DNA of 64,000 nt from NCBI RefSeq assembly GCF_963676685.1, contig NC_092353.1:24552001-24616000 (forward strand), read 5' to 3'. The notes beneath the pieces are model-generated. The model was not told where the DNA came from. It made no database searches and worked only from the letters and a program-made list of their open reading frames with translations. Made by a program: the position numbers and the translations under genes. Below are positions 63,876-64,000 of this stretch, one piece after another (within the stretch, counting starts at the first letter, position 1; every line of letters begins with the position of its first letter). This DNA comes from Mytilus edulis. Taxonomy: Eukaryota.

Positions 63876-64000
63876 TTGTTATGTTTTAATATTGCTTAAG
63901 AGTTGTATATTAATATTTTAGTAAAATTTATAATTTTCCAAGGACTTCATATCCATGTCATTAACATGCCTAGGTTATAACATTCATATCCTTTATTTTA

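Overview
AT-rich, intron-containing animal genomic DNA. The repeat families and hammerhead-bearing repeats point to a bivalve mollusc, probably Mytilus; that assignment is inferred. The only host genes I can support are two tandem, 9-exon, + strand SLC22-family (Orct-like) MFS transporter paralogues: 7697-21467 (554 aa) and 30254-38838 (541 aa). Their exon 1-8 lengths are identical. The rest is mostly mobile DNA: Penelope-like element (PLE) remnants and their dispersed 3' ends, type I hammerhead ribozyme (retrozyme-like) repeats, a non-autonomous Helitron, TTAA-, hAT5- and hAT6-type MITEs, an RTEX-like LINE 3' end, a decayed Ngaro/DIRS element and an APE-LINE remnant. The most striking structure is a ~16.5 kb nest (44978-61531) resolvable into about seven levels by terminal repeats and target-site duplications (TSDs): PLE RT > hAT > TIR MITE > SINE-like repeat > P-like element > (long-TIR element and Academ remnant) > (Gypsy and a SINE). 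The innermost Gypsy has apparently identical 814-bp LTRs and keeps gag-protease, but has lost RT, RNase H and the integrase core through an in-frame deletion. I found no rRNA, tRNA gene or CRISPR array, and no clearly novel host gene system. All calls were made by eye without database searches.
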